From Candidatus Harrisonbacteria bacterium (lineage in GTDB: Bacteria; Patescibacteriota; Minisyncoccia; UBA6257; 1-14-0-10-44-23), in NCBI GenBank assembly GCA_023255625.1, contig JAHFLF010000001.1, positions 30,255 through 94,254 on the forward strand: 64,000 bases of DNA. Reading direction: 5' to 3'. The translations under genes were made by a program, and so were the position numbers. Below, in pieces: positions 55,292-64,000 of the stretch (position 1 is its first letter; each line of letters begins with the position of its first letter). The notes below the pieces were generated by a model that worked only from the letters and a program-made list of their open reading frames with translations, did not search any database and was not told the DNA's origin.

Positions 55292-56203
55292 ATGCGCTCC
55301 ATCAAAGGCAAAAAGGTAACTTGGATCGATCTCTTCAAGCCAACCATCGAAGATCTTGACGCGATCAAAAAAATCCACAAATTTCACCCGATTATATTAG
55401 ACGAACTGCTGCACTCTTCCGTACGCACGCGTAGCGAACGCTACGGTGAATATCTTTTTTTGGTTTACCACTTTGCAGAGTACGATCAAGTTAGCAAAAC
55501 CAGCCGCAGGACGGAGATAGATTTTTTAATCACAAAGAACACGATTATTACAGCGCACTACGAAAACCTGGAGCAGCTTAACCAGCTTTTTGACTTGTTT
55601 TCAAAAAATCAAAAAGAAAGGGACCGTGTTTTAAATGGCGACACGCTTCTCGCAACCTACGCGGCCTTCGAAAAAGCCATTTCCTTTTCACTGCGACAGC
55701 TGCATCATATTGAAGAACAAGTTACTAGAATTGCCGAAGATATCTTTGCCGACAAAGAAGAGGAGCTTCTGCGAACTATTTCAGAGGTGAAGCGCAATAT
55801 TCTTGATTATCGTCTGATTACCAGGCATCAGGAAAAATTTTTCCAAAATATTCACGATCTCGGCCTGTCTTTCTGGGGCGAAAAAAGCCGTGTCTATCTG
55901 ACCGACCTGATGAACGATAACATTCCGGTTCAGCGCAATCTGGAAAGTTACTTTGAAACTATTGAGTCGCTGGAAAATACCAATGCCCAGCTGCTCGAAG
56001 CGCGCACCAACCGCGTCATCAAGCGCTTTACCGTCGGCGCATTTTTATCCTCAATTCCGCTTTACTTTGTCTTCTTTTCAGAATTTACTTATATTCACGA
56101 AATCTTCGCCGCAAGCCCAACTCGTTTTTGGATCTCCTTTTTTGTCATCCACGGCACAGTCATCGGACTTTGGCTGATTTTCAAGCATAAAAAGATTGTG
56201 TAA
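55292..56203 (+). CDS. CorA-like divalent cation transporter family protein (divergent, no canonical GMN motif)
   Basis: The N-terminus VTWIDLFKPTIEDLDAIKKIHKFHPIILDELL resembles CorA. There are two C-terminal TM helices, but YGMN is replaced by FSEFTYIHE. Confidence 0.5.
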   Translation: MRSIKGKKVTWIDLFKPTIEDLDAIKKIHKFHPIILDELLHSSVRTRSERYGEYLFLVYHFAEYDQVSKTSRRTEIDFLITKNTIITAHYENLEQLNQLFDLFSKNQKERDRVLNGDTLLATYAAFEKAISFSLRQLHHIEEQVTRIAEDIFADKEEELLRTISEVKRNILDYRLITRHQEKFFQNIHDLGLSFWGEKSRVYLTDLMNDNIPVQRNLESYFETIESLENTNAQLLEARTNRVIKRFTVGAFLSSIPLYFVFFSEFTYIHEIFAASPTRFWISFFVIHGTVIGLWLIFKHKKIV

Positions 56204-56242
56204 TTGCCCAAATATATAAATTCCTAGTAGAATGAAAGGATT

Positions 56243-57697
56243 ATGCGTATTTTTGATACCCTGTCGGGCGAGAAAAAGGAACTGAAGCAACCAATCGGCG
56301 AGGACGGCAAACCGCGGCCGATAAAAATGTTTGTCTGCGGCCCGACCGTCTACGACTACCCGCACATTGGTAATGCGCGGACATTTGTCTTCTTTGACAT
56401 GTTCGTGCGGTATCTACGAAGCCAAGGCATGCAGGTCAAGTATCTCCAGAACATCACTGACATTGACGACAAAATAATTCAGAGGGCAAAAGAAACAGGA
56501 ACAACCTGGCAAGAGGTCAGTAAGACATACGAAGAGATTTATTTTGAAAATCTAAAGGCGCTCGGCGTAGACACCGCGGGCATGCAGTTTGCACGAGCGA
56601 CAGAACATATTCCGGAAATCATTGCACAGGTACAGCGTCTGCAAGAAACAGGCCATGTCTATAAGATAGAGGGCGACCCCGACGCTACGGCCGGGGCAGG
56701 TGGTTGGTATTTTGACATCACAAAATATGCTGGATATGGCGAACTTGCTCGCCGCACAGTGCAACAGGCCGAGGACGGTGTTACTCGCTTAGACAACAGC
56801 GAAAAAAAACGAAATGCCGGTGATTTTTGCTTGTGGAAGTTAAAATCAGTCGCGAGTAGCGAGTCGCGAGTAGCGAGTGAGCCGAGCTGGGAGTCAGAAC
56901 TGGGAACGGGCAGGCCGGGTTGGCATATTGAAGACACGGCGATTACCGAGCACTTCTTCGGCCCGCAGTACGACATCCATGGCGGGGCACTGGATTTAAA
57001 GTTCCCACATCACGAGGCCGAACGAGCCCTGCAGGAAAGTGCTTCTGGCAAAACACCCTTTGTAAACTTCTGGATGCACACCGGTTTCTTAACCGTGAAT
57101 GGCACGAAGATGAGCAAGTCGCTCGGGAATTTCATGACGGTTGATGATGTTCTGAAAAAAATGACTGCGGATGAGTTTCGGATGATGCTGCTCATTCATC
57201 ACTACCGCCAGCCGCTGGATTACATTCCGGATTACATAGATGTAGTTAAAAAACATCTTATTGAAATGCGCGCCGTTCTTTCAAAAATTGATTTGCAGAT
57301 AGCGAGCAATAATACTGCAAAATTGAGCGACTTTAATCTGGCTGCATTCGAGGAAAAATTTCACGATGCGATAGCGGATGACTTCAATACTCCCCTCGCC
57401 CTTGGCATCATATTCCAGATAATCAATCAGCTAAATAAAGAAATATGGAGCTTGAATTCAGAGTTCATCAAAAAATTCAAAGTATTCTTTGTGAACGCTT
57501 TTGCAAGTTTCGGAATCACGCTGGACGCCCCGAAAATTCCCGCCGAAATCCAAAAACTCGCACAAGAACGCGAGTTATCCAGAGCTTCTAAACAGTTTGC
57601 TAAATCCGACGGCTTGCGCGTGCAGATAGAACAGTTAGGATATGTGGTAGAAGATACACCGGCTGGTCCGCTCGTTTTGCCAAAAACGAGCGAGTAG
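56243..57697 (+). CDS. cysS: cysteine--tRNA ligase
   Basis: FVCGPTVYDYPHIGNART (HIGH), KMSKSLGN, and GRPGWHIEDTAI. Confidence 0.9.
   Translation: MRIFDTLSGEKKELKQPIGEDGKPRPIKMFVCGPTVYDYPHIGNARTFVFFDMFVRYLRSQGMQVKYLQNITDIDDKIIQRAKETGTTWQEVSKTYEEIYFENLKALGVDTAGMQFARATEHIPEIIAQVQRLQETGHVYKIEGDPDATAGAGGWYFDITKYAGYGELARRTVQQAEDGVTRLDNSEKKRNAGDFCLWKLKSVASSESRVASEPSWESELGTGRPGWHIEDTAITEHFFGPQYDIHGGALDLKFPHHEAERALQESASGKTPFVNFWMHTGFLTVNGTKMSKSLGNFMTVDDVLKKMTADEFRMMLLIHHYRQPLDYIPDYIDVVKKHLIEMRAVLSKIDLQIASNNTAKLSDFNLAAFEEKFHDAIADDFNTPLALGIIFQIINQLNKEIWSLNSEFIKKFKVFFVNAFASFGITLDAPKIPAEIQKLAQERELSRASKQFAKSDGLRVQIEQLGYVVEDTPAGPLVLPKTSE
56843..56872 (+). repeat. 14-bp direct duplication (gtcgcgagtagcga x2) creating an in-frame insertion in cysS
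   Basis: Encodes the extra SVASSESRVAS before the conserved EPSW..GRPGWHIE segment. Confidence 0.55.
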
Positions 57698-57702
57698 AAA
57701 GT

Positions 57703-60417
57703 TTGTCAAGTTGCAAGTTTATCAAGATAAAACGGGATTTGAAATCCCACTTGATGAACTTGATGAACTTGATGAACTTGATGAACTTTCCTATGCCCAA
57801 ACTCCCTCCTCAAAATATAGACGCCGAAGAATCAGTCCTCGGCGGACTGATGATCGACAAAAATGCAATCATCCGCGTTGCCGATGTTTTGCGTCCGGGT
57901 GATTTTTACAAACCGATTCATAATATTATTTATGGTGCGATTTTAAAGTTGTTTGAAAAAAGTCAGCCAATCGATATCTTAACGATTACGGGCGTACTCA
58001 AAGATGCCGGCGAACTGGAAACTATCGGCGGCGCGACTTATATCACCTCGCTGACCGACAAAGTGCCGACTGCCAGCCATATCGAGCACTATGCCAAGCT
58101 CGTTAAAGAAAAGAAGGTTCTGCGCGACCTGATCAACACCTCGGCGGAAATCAGCGAAAGCGTTTTTGCCTCGCCGGAAGACATCGAGCAACTACTTGAC
58201 CAGATCGAAAGTAAAATTTTTGCAATTTCGCAGGGCTCGATTAACCAAAAGTTTATTCCGGTGCGCGACGAGCTCAAGGCGGCGTTTGAACGCATGGAAA
58301 AACTGCACAACGGCGAGGGTGGGTTACGCGGAATACCGACCGGCTTTAATCAACTCGACAATTTGCTTTCCGGATTTCAAAAATCAGATTTGGTCGTGAT
58401 CGGCGCTCGCCCATCAGTTGGTAAAACCTCGCTGGTTTTAGGCATGATGGCCCATGCCGCGATCAAACACAATGTTCCAGTCGGTATTTTCAGTATCGAA
58501 ATGAGCCGCGAACAAGTCATCGACAGAATCATTGCCGCCGAAGCCGGCGTTGCCCTTTGGAAACTGCGGACTGGTAAACTGCGCGATGAACATGATTTTG
58601 AACTTATTCAGCACTCCTTGGATACACTTTCGCGCGCACCGATTTATGTTGACGACACGCCCAGCCCGACTATTCTCCAGATGCGTGCCATGGCTCGGCG
58701 GCTTCAAGCAGAACATGGTCTGGCGATGATCGTGGTTGACTACCTGCAACTGATTCAGCCGCGCACAAACAGCGACAACATCGTCAGCCAAATTACGGAG
58801 ATTAGCCGCGGGCTCAAGGCCCTGGCCCGTGAACTAAATGTGCCGGTCATTGCCCTCTCGCAGCTTTCGCGCGCTACAGAACAGCGCGACTCCGGCATCC
58901 CACGGCTCTCTGACCTGCGCGACTCCGGTTGCTTAACGGGAGACACAAGAATTGTGCGGGCAGACACCGGCGAATTAGTTACTATGCAATCGCTTGCCGA
59001 GCGTAAAAAACAACTACCAATTCCCGTTTTTTCACTCGATGAAAATTGGAATATTGTTATCCGTCCGATGACGAAAGTATTCCGCAGCGGCATCAAGGAA
59101 ACTTTTGAACTCAGACTACGCTCGGGCCGCACAATAAAAGCCTCTGCAAATCATCCCTTCCGGACACCAACCGGCTGGAGCCGACTTGATGCGCTGAAAA
59201 CTGGCGATCGTCTCGCGATACCGCAATCAATGGCCACCACACCGACACAAGAGCCACTCACCGCAGACGAACTACTACTGCATGCACATCTACTCGGCGA
59301 TGGCTGCGTCTTGCCAAAACAGCCCTATCATTACACTTCAGCTGATCCGGTTAATCTTAATATCGTGGAAAACGCTGCAAAAAATCTCTTCGGTGTCACT
59401 GCCCGGCGCGTACAACAAAAAAATTGGTGGCACAGTTATTTGCCATCTCCCTACCGACTGACTCATGGACGCACTCACCCGATTACTCAGTGGTACCAAA
59501 AACTAAACATCGAGCGTGTTCGCGCGCCGCAAAAGCAAATCTCACCGCTCGTGTTCCAATGCTCTCCGGATGCGATTGCACTTTTCCTGCGCCACCTCTG
59601 GGCAACCGACGGCAACATTTCATGGAAAAAATTAGCCGGCAGAAAACCAGCGGCGGCTATCTATTACGCATCAACAAGTGCGGTGCTCGCCGGACAAGTG
59701 CAGCATCTTCTCACGCGCCTTGGTATCCAGAGCGTCATTAAAACCGTTCCGCAGGGCACACACCGACCCTGCTACAACGTTACCATCAATGGCAAAGATC
59801 AACAGATGAGTTTTCTCGAAATTGTCGGCTGCGTTGGCGAGCGCGCGGCAATCATCCGACAATTAAGTGCAGCTCTTGAGCAGATTACAGCGAATCCAAA
59901 TACCGGAACACTACCGGCTTCACTTTGGCAATCAATGATTAACACAGAAAGAGTGAAGCAAAATATGAGCTGGCGTGATGTTGCCGGCGCACTCGGCACA
60001 GCATATAACGGGAGCGCGCTCTTCAAAGCAAGTATTAGTCCGGCACGACTTGACCGCGTTGCAACTGCGCTTGCTTCACCAGTACTCCGGCAACTTGCAC
60101 AGGCAAAGGTAGTTTGGGATGAAATTGCCGCAATCACCCCTCTCGGCCGGGCAGAAACCTTTGACGCAACTGTGCCCGGAACGCACAATTTTGTTGCCAA
60201 CGATATCATCGTCCACAACTCGATTGAGCAGGACGCAGATGTGGTTATATTTATTTACCGCAAAGACCGAAATAAAGTTGGCCTGGATCCCCTTGATGAA
60301 AATATGGCCGAGCTAATTATCGCCAAACATCGCAACGGCCCGCTCGGCACAGTACAAGTTAAGTTTGATCCGGATACGGTTACATTTCGGAATCTCGACA
60401 CTCGTCATCAGAGTTAG
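57703..60417 (+). CDS. dnaB: replicative DNA helicase DnaB interrupted by a 430-aa intein. The true start is probably the internal Met MPKLPPQNIDAEESVLG.
   Basis: DnaB N-domain and Walker A GARPSVGKTS. The helicase motif ...LSDLRDSG|C...HN|SIEQDADVV is split by an intein with a Cys start and a His-Asn end. Confidence 0.9.
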   Translation: MSSCKFIKIKRDLKSHLMNLMNLMNLMNFPMPKLPPQNIDAEESVLGGLMIDKNAIIRVADVLRPGDFYKPIHNIIYGAILKLFEKSQPIDILTITGVLKDAGELETIGGATYITSLTDKVPTASHIEHYAKLVKEKKVLRDLINTSAEISESVFASPEDIEQLLDQIESKIFAISQGSINQKFIPVRDELKAAFERMEKLHNGEGGLRGIPTGFNQLDNLLSGFQKSDLVVIGARPSVGKTSLVLGMMAHAAIKHNVPVGIFSIEMSREQVIDRIIAAEAGVALWKLRTGKLRDEHDFELIQHSLDTLSRAPIYVDDTPSPTILQMRAMARRLQAEHGLAMIVVDYLQLIQPRTNSDNIVSQITEISRGLKALARELNVPVIALSQLSRATEQRDSGIPRLSDLRDSGCLTGDTRIVRADTGELVTMQSLAERKKQLPIPVFSLDENWNIVIRPMTKVFRSGIKETFELRLRSGRTIKASANHPFRTPTGWSRLDALKTGDRLAIPQSMATTPTQEPLTADELLLHAHLLGDGCVLPKQPYHYTSADPVNLNIVENAAKNLFGVTARRVQQKNWWHSYLPSPYRLTHGRTHPITQWYQKLNIERVRAPQKQISPLVFQCSPDAIALFLRHLWATDGNISWKKLAGRKPAAAIYYASTSAVLAGQVQHLLTRLGIQSVIKTVPQGTHRPCYNVTINGKDQQMSFLEIVGCVGERAAIIRQLSAALEQITANPNTGTLPASLWQSMINTERVKQNMSWRDVAGALGTAYNGSALFKASISPARLDRVATALASPVLRQLAQAKVVWDEIAAITPLGRAETFDATVPGTHNFVANDIIVHNSIEQDADVVIFIYRKDRNKVGLDPLDENMAELIIAKHRNGPLGTVQVKFDPDTVTFRNLDTRHQS
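57749..57786 (+). repeat. Tandem 9-mer CTTGATGAA x4 just upstream of the probable dnaB start
   Basis: Read from the sequence. The related motif cacttgatgaactt lies upstream of rplU at ~62085..62125. Confidence 0.6.
58930..60219 (+). mobile_element. DnaB intein with LAGLIDADG homing endonuclease domain
   Basis: Block A CLTGDTRIV, two LAGLIDADG-like motifs (LLGDGCV, LWATDGNI), and a terminal block G ...IVHN followed by extein Ser. Confidence 0.8.
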
Positions 60418-60427
60418 TTAATTTAAA

Positions 60428-60470
60428 TCCCCGCCAACTAACTAGCTAACCAACGACTAACTAACCTGCC
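60428..60470 (+). repeat. CCAACTAACTAGCTAACCAAC motif in the recR 5' region
   Basis: Read from the sequence. Confidence 0.5.
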
Positions 60471-60472
60471 CA

Positions 60473-61072
60473 ATGACTCCAGACTCTATCAAAAAACTGG
60501 TTGCACTTCTTTCGCAACTTCCATCACTTGGCCCGCGCCAGGCAACTCGCGTTGCTTTTCATATCGCCGGCATGCCAACAAGTGAGGTTACCGAACTTGC
60601 GCGAGTGATTAACGAAACCGCTCGGCTCAAACGCTGCACGCAGTGTTTTCGGATTGACGAGCTAACGACTGGTCGATGCACTATCTGCGCAAATCCGCGT
60701 CGCGATCAAGCCAGCATCATCATTGTTGAAAAAGAAACCGATGTGCTGACATTGGAAAAAACAAAAGCCATCAAGGGCCGTTACCTTGTGCTTGGCGATC
60801 TGCCCAAAGATGGTGTCTTAACTACGCAACAGCGGACACGACTTGCAGCGCTCAAAAAATCTATTGCCGATCTACCGGGCGGCATCGCCAGTGAAATTAT
60901 CATTGGCTTCTCCCCCACAACCTACGGAGACCTGAATGCCGAAATCGTTGCGGGCCAGATCAAAGGAATAACGCAAAAAATATCCCGGCTCGGGCGAGGC
61001 ATCCCAACCGGCGGCGAGATTGAGTTTGCGGATGAGCAAACGCTGGACGCCGCGATTAAAAACAGAAATTAA
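60473..61072 (+). CDS. recR: recombination protein RecR
   Basis: HhH LPSLGPRQATRVAFHI, a C4 zinc finger CTQCFRID...CTICAN, and a Toprim domain. Confidence 0.85.
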   Translation: MTPDSIKKLVALLSQLPSLGPRQATRVAFHIAGMPTSEVTELARVINETARLKRCTQCFRIDELTTGRCTICANPRRDQASIIIVEKETDVLTLEKTKAIKGRYLVLGDLPKDGVLTTQQRTRLAALKKSIADLPGGIASEIIIGFSPTTYGDLNAEIVAGQIKGITQKISRLGRGIPTGGEIEFADEQTLDAAIKNRN

Positions 61073-61566
61073 AGCTGCTTAGCAACCACATCTTCTCTTA
61101 ATTTACTTAATCTCTCCTTCGCTGTCTTCGCTAAATTAAAAACCCGCCCATATGCGTCCCACAATGGTTCCGTCCAACCCCTCTTCTCTGCATCAACTCT
61201 TGATTCATGATAAGCCAGACGGCGACTATCGCTAGAATCAGTTACCGACGAAAGAGCTCCTCCAAATTGCAAAAAAACGCTTGCAGCCAAAACTGGTATA
61301 GCGCCAATGCAAGCTGCGATCTTTGCCGCGACTTTAGCGGCTTGATCTTGAGATGTAACACTCTCCGCTTGCGCGAGAAGATCGTCCAGCTTGCTACTGA
61401 TCGCATCGTACTCACTCTCCGGTATATCTCGCCACTGCTGCTTCTCCATCTCCTCTTTTAACGCCACGAAAAGGGCGGCCTCTGTTTCAGCTGCTTCCGG
61501 TGAAAGTAACTTTTCGTCATTTTTCAGTCCCGCCTCCTGCATAAATTCAGCTTTTTCCATTCCCAT
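61069..61566 (-). CDS. hypothetical acidic protein (165 aa)
   Basis: ORF track. Its N-terminus MGMEKAEFMQEAG resembles MGAEEFKMKPTG of 10372..11124, and it sits behind the same G8-tract promoter type. Confidence 0.5.
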   Translation of the reverse strand: MGMEKAEFMQEAGLKNDEKLLSPEAAETEAALFVALKEEMEKQQWRDIPESEYDAISSKLDDLLAQAESVTSQDQAAKVAAKIAACIGAIPVLAASVFLQFGGALSSVTDSSDSRRLAYHESRVDAEKRGWTEPLWDAYGRVFNLAKTAKERLSKLREDVVAKQL

Positions 61567-61595
61567 AAAAATTTGATTTAGTGATTAATAATTTC

Positions 61596-61628
61596 TACTG
61601 CTATAATACCCCCCCCAGCGGGCTTTTA
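61596..61628 (-). promoter_or_regulatory. Promoter TTGCTA-N18 (G8 tract)-TATTAT upstream of hypothetical 61069..61566
   Basis: Minus-strand tatttgctaaaagcccgctggggggggtattat. Confidence 0.5.
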
Positions 61629-61710
61629 GCAAATATGAAAAGGTGGATGAAAACATTCCGGGCGCCGAGTCTAACTCGGCGCCCGGAACTTGTTACTTGT
61701 TTACTCGTAT

Positions 61711-62019
61711 CTACTTTATCCCCGTTACTTCAATCTCCGTAAACGGCTGGCGGTGCGTGTTCTTGGTACGGCGGCGAGTCTTGCTCTTAAACTTAAAGAC
61801 AATCACTTTGTCGTGGCGGCCCTGCTGCACTACCTTTGCTGTTACGGCTGAACCGGCAACGAGCGGGGTGCCCAGTCTCATCGTCTCACCGTCAACCACC
61901 AAAAGAACCTGGTCAAAGGTAATCTCGTCCCCCTCTTTAACCTCCAATTTTTCAATTTTCAGCTTATCGCCTGCGTTCACGCGATACTGCTTGCCACCGG
62001 TTTTGATTACTGCGAACAT
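61711..62019 (-). CDS. rplU: 50S ribosomal protein L21
   Basis: MFAVIKTGGKQYRVNAGDKLKIEKL. Confidence 0.9.
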   Translation of the reverse strand: MFAVIKTGGKQYRVNAGDKLKIEKLEVKEGDEITFDQVLLVVDGETMRLGTPLVAGSAVTAKVVQQGRHDKVIVFKFKSKTRRRTKNTHRQPFTEIEVTGIK

Positions 62020-62133
62020 AAATCTAAGTTTATCAAGTTTTAAAGTTTAAAGTTATCAAGCAAAAATTCGTAAAATTCAATCGGTGGCTCCCCACTTGAT
62101 GAACTTTACGAACTTGATAACCTGATAACTCAC

Positions 62134-62481
62134 CTATTGGTTGTTTATGACAATAACAAATACCGCTGCGAAAAGCAAGAGGGAAACCAAAAGTCCGGTT
62201 ATGCTTAGCGCAATGCTGAAAAACTCCTCCCGAATCCGTAGCGCTCTGGACAAAACATAATTCAGTAAGACAACAACCCCGCCGGTAACAAGTGCGCCAA
62301 AGACATCAACTAGAGAACCCGTATAATCCGGTTGTCCGCCGGGGGTGAAATGCAAAATCAGTTCATTCGTCGGCGAGAGCTTGGTGTACAGAAGCCCCGT
62401 AGCTGCAAGAAGCAGCACGACTGATACCAAAAAAAGAATATTAACTAATTTCATAGAACTCATAGAACTAAGAATGATCAA
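62134..62481 (-). CDS. small hypothetical membrane protein
   Basis: 115 aa with 3 hydrophobic segments. Confidence 0.4.
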   Translation of the reverse strand: MIILSSMSSMKLVNILFLVSVVLLLAATGLLYTKLSPTNELILHFTPGGQPDYTGSLVDVFGALVTGGVVVLLNYVLSRALRIREEFFSIALSITGLLVSLLLFAAVFVIVINNQ

Positions 62482-62893
62482 TAAAATTTTGTTGTGCTAA
62501 GAAGGCGTCTATCTGTGGAAGATGCACCCAGAGTATCTCGTTTCGCGGCATGCTCGTCAAATCAAACCACCGCCACTCCTCGCATTTATCCGGCTCGCAG
62601 ACGCGCGGCTCGCCCTCTGGATCAAGTGCGAGCATACCAACATGAATGTAATGCTCCTCCCGACTGTTGTTATTATACAAAACGATGAATTGAAAATCTC
62701 GAGCACTCATCCCCGTCTCTTCCTGCAACTCACGCGCAGCCCCCTGCGCAAATGTCTCCTTGAACTCCAAATGTCCGCCGGGTAATCCCCAAAAACCTTC
62801 GCCAAAGGTATTTTTGCGTTTGCCGAGCAATAATTTTCCGTTTCGTATAACAAATACATCAGCCGTTACACAAAATTTTGCGTGTTCAGTCAT
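62468..62893 (-). CDS. NUDIX hydrolase (MutT-like)
   Basis: GLPGGHLEFKETFAQGAARELQEETG. Confidence 0.7.
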   Translation of the reverse strand: MTEHAKFCVTADVFVIRNGKLLLGKRKNTFGEGFWGLPGGHLEFKETFAQGAARELQEETGMSARDFQFIVLYNNNSREEHYIHVGMLALDPEGEPRVCEPDKCEEWRWFDLTSMPRNEILWVHLPQIDAFLAQQNFIDHS

Positions 62894-62942
62894 AATTGAC
62901 TTGTTTCCAACTTGTTACTTGTCTACTTGTGCCTACTCGTGC

Positions 62943-63539
62943 CTACTTGATCCCCTCCACCCACCTCATAAATTCATCAAAGGAAGTATAGTGGTTTGCC
63001 TGCATTCCGTGAAGACGGGCCGCAGCCACATTTTCCGGATCATCATCCCAGAATGCAATCTCGCTCGGCTTAAGTTGGAGTGCCTCGGAAACATGCGCAA
63101 AAAATCCTTGATCCGGCTTTTTCTTGCCCACATAGCCGGAAGAAAATACATGATGTTTTTTAAACCATTTAGCTAATCCCTTGTTATGCAACAAATCATC
63201 AGTCCGATATTTTTCATTATTCGTTCCAAGCGCACAGATAATCCCCCGACTTTTTAAATCAGCAATGACCGACCCAAACCGAGCATCAATCCGATTCGCA
63301 TCCTCTGCAAACCAAAGTGCCAGCAGTGAATCTACATCGCCGTCCCATTTCCATATCGGCCAAGCCCTAGTGATCTCCTCTCTTAAATCTGCCTTACCGA
63401 TGAGGCAGTTCTGAAACGGCCCCGCAAAAAACTTATCAAAATGCTCCTTCTGCGCACCTCGATCTTTGATAAGCCGTGTACTCAAAAATTCACTCTTCAC
63501 AAGTACCCCGTCCGCGTCAAAAATAATGGCTTTGATCAT
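62943..63539 (-). CDS. HAD-family hydrolase
   Basis: Motif I MIKAIIFDADGVLV. Confidence 0.65.
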   Translation of the reverse strand: MIKAIIFDADGVLVKSEFLSTRLIKDRGAQKEHFDKFFAGPFQNCLIGKADLREEITRAWPIWKWDGDVDSLLALWFAEDANRIDARFGSVIADLKSRGIICALGTNNEKYRTDDLLHNKGLAKWFKKHHVFSSGYVGKKKPDQGFFAHVSEALQLKPSEIAFWDDDPENVAAARLHGMQANHYTSFDEFMRWVEGIK

Positions 63540-64000
63540 ACCTTCAAAATTGTCAGCTCCTCCTGAGGCTCAGGCACCTCTAAATTTGAAACAATTTTTT
63601 CTGCAACTCTCGCCGCAGGCATAAACCTGTCATAATCTTTCGGAACCTGACCCTGATGAAAGTTCGTTTTGAGTCCGCCCGGGAAAATACTTATTACTTT
63701 AATTCCGGCATCTCTCGCTTCATTTCTTAAAAATTTAGTAAATCCGATCGCAGCCATTTTACTGGCGCCGTACGCTGATGCAGTCGGCTTTCCTTCGGAC
63801 GCAGAAGTTGAAAGTATATTCACTATAGTTCCCGCTTTTTGCTTTCTCATCTGCTTGAGTGCCTCACGACTCCCGTAGAAAGTCCCGAACAAATTTATCT
63901 CAACCATTTCATGAAACTTTTTGATATCTACCTCCTCAATCGGCGTTCTCTTGATTCTGACTCCAGCATTGTTTATCCAAATGTCTATTTTCCCAAATTT
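63536..64000 (-). CDS. short-chain dehydrogenase/reductase (partial; continues past the window end)
   Basis: YGASKMAAIGFTKFL (YxxxK). The reading frame stays open upstream of the annotated Met to position 64000 (..DIWINNAGV..). Confidence 0.65.
   Translation of the reverse strand, partial: KFGKIDIWINNAGVRIKRTPIEEVDIKKFHEMVEINLFGTFYGSREALKQMRKQKAGTIVNILSTSASEGKPTASAYGASKMAAIGFTKFLRNEARDAGIKVISIFPGGLKTNFHQGQVPKDYDRFMPAARVAEKIVSNLEVPEPQEELTILKV

Noticed and set aside
1-64000. Diversity-generating retroelement acting on the variable centre of the Cys-rich paralogs
   Set aside because: No reverse transcriptase ORF and no template/variable repeat pair with A-specific mismatches were seen in the window. 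Diversification looks recombinational instead.

Overview
The window is a gene-dense bacterial chromosomal segment of about 45% GC. Most of it is housekeeping genes (murB, lepA, ndk, aspS, comEC, mnmA, efp, pepA, gpsA, glpK, secDF, tRNA-Lys, dnaJ, dnaK, grpE, cysS, dnaB with an intein, recR, rplU). Small genes, split or fused domains and almost exclusively minus-strand coding fit a reduced genome, possibly Patescibacteria/CPR-like (inference).

The dominant feature is an expanded paralogous family. Ten copies of a 555-593 aa cysteine-rich multi-zinc-ribbon protein sit in four minus-strand clusters and occupy about a quarter of the window. Their N-termini show a CxxC...FYKKxxVPPPTxCPxCRxxRR motif and their C-termini end YCExCYNAEVV. 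Each copy also carries an internally duplicated Cys-cluster module (CxxCxxCxGCxxLRNKxYCIxNKQYTKEEYE). Several copies are preceded by palindromic operator-like sites (core TATTCG-N0-4-CGAATA). The full palindrome of that site lies in the promoter of an adjacent ArsR-family regulator. Two clusters abut paralogous TraD/VirD4/HerA-like P-loop ATPases whose C-terminal zinc ribbon resembles the family's own. I could not assign the family to a named domain from memory. It is the best candidate for an undescribed system here.

Other unusual items:
- Two ~700-830 bp high-GC (>60%) islands. Each consists of a near-consensus sigma70 promoter, a GC3-rich ORF and a long palindromic element. One island sits next to tRNA-Lys.
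- A family of long nested palindromic elements.
- In-frame palindromic mini-insertions inside lepA (two), mnmA and cysS.
- An AbiEii-type nucleotidyltransferase toxin.
- A RhuM-Fic/Doc protein.
- A sigma70-region4/HARE-HTH protein.
- A 430-aa LAGLIDADG intein in dnaB.
- Several conserved intergenic repeat and promoter motifs.

No rRNA and no CRISPR array were seen. Coordinates of features I derived by eye may be off by 2-3 nt.
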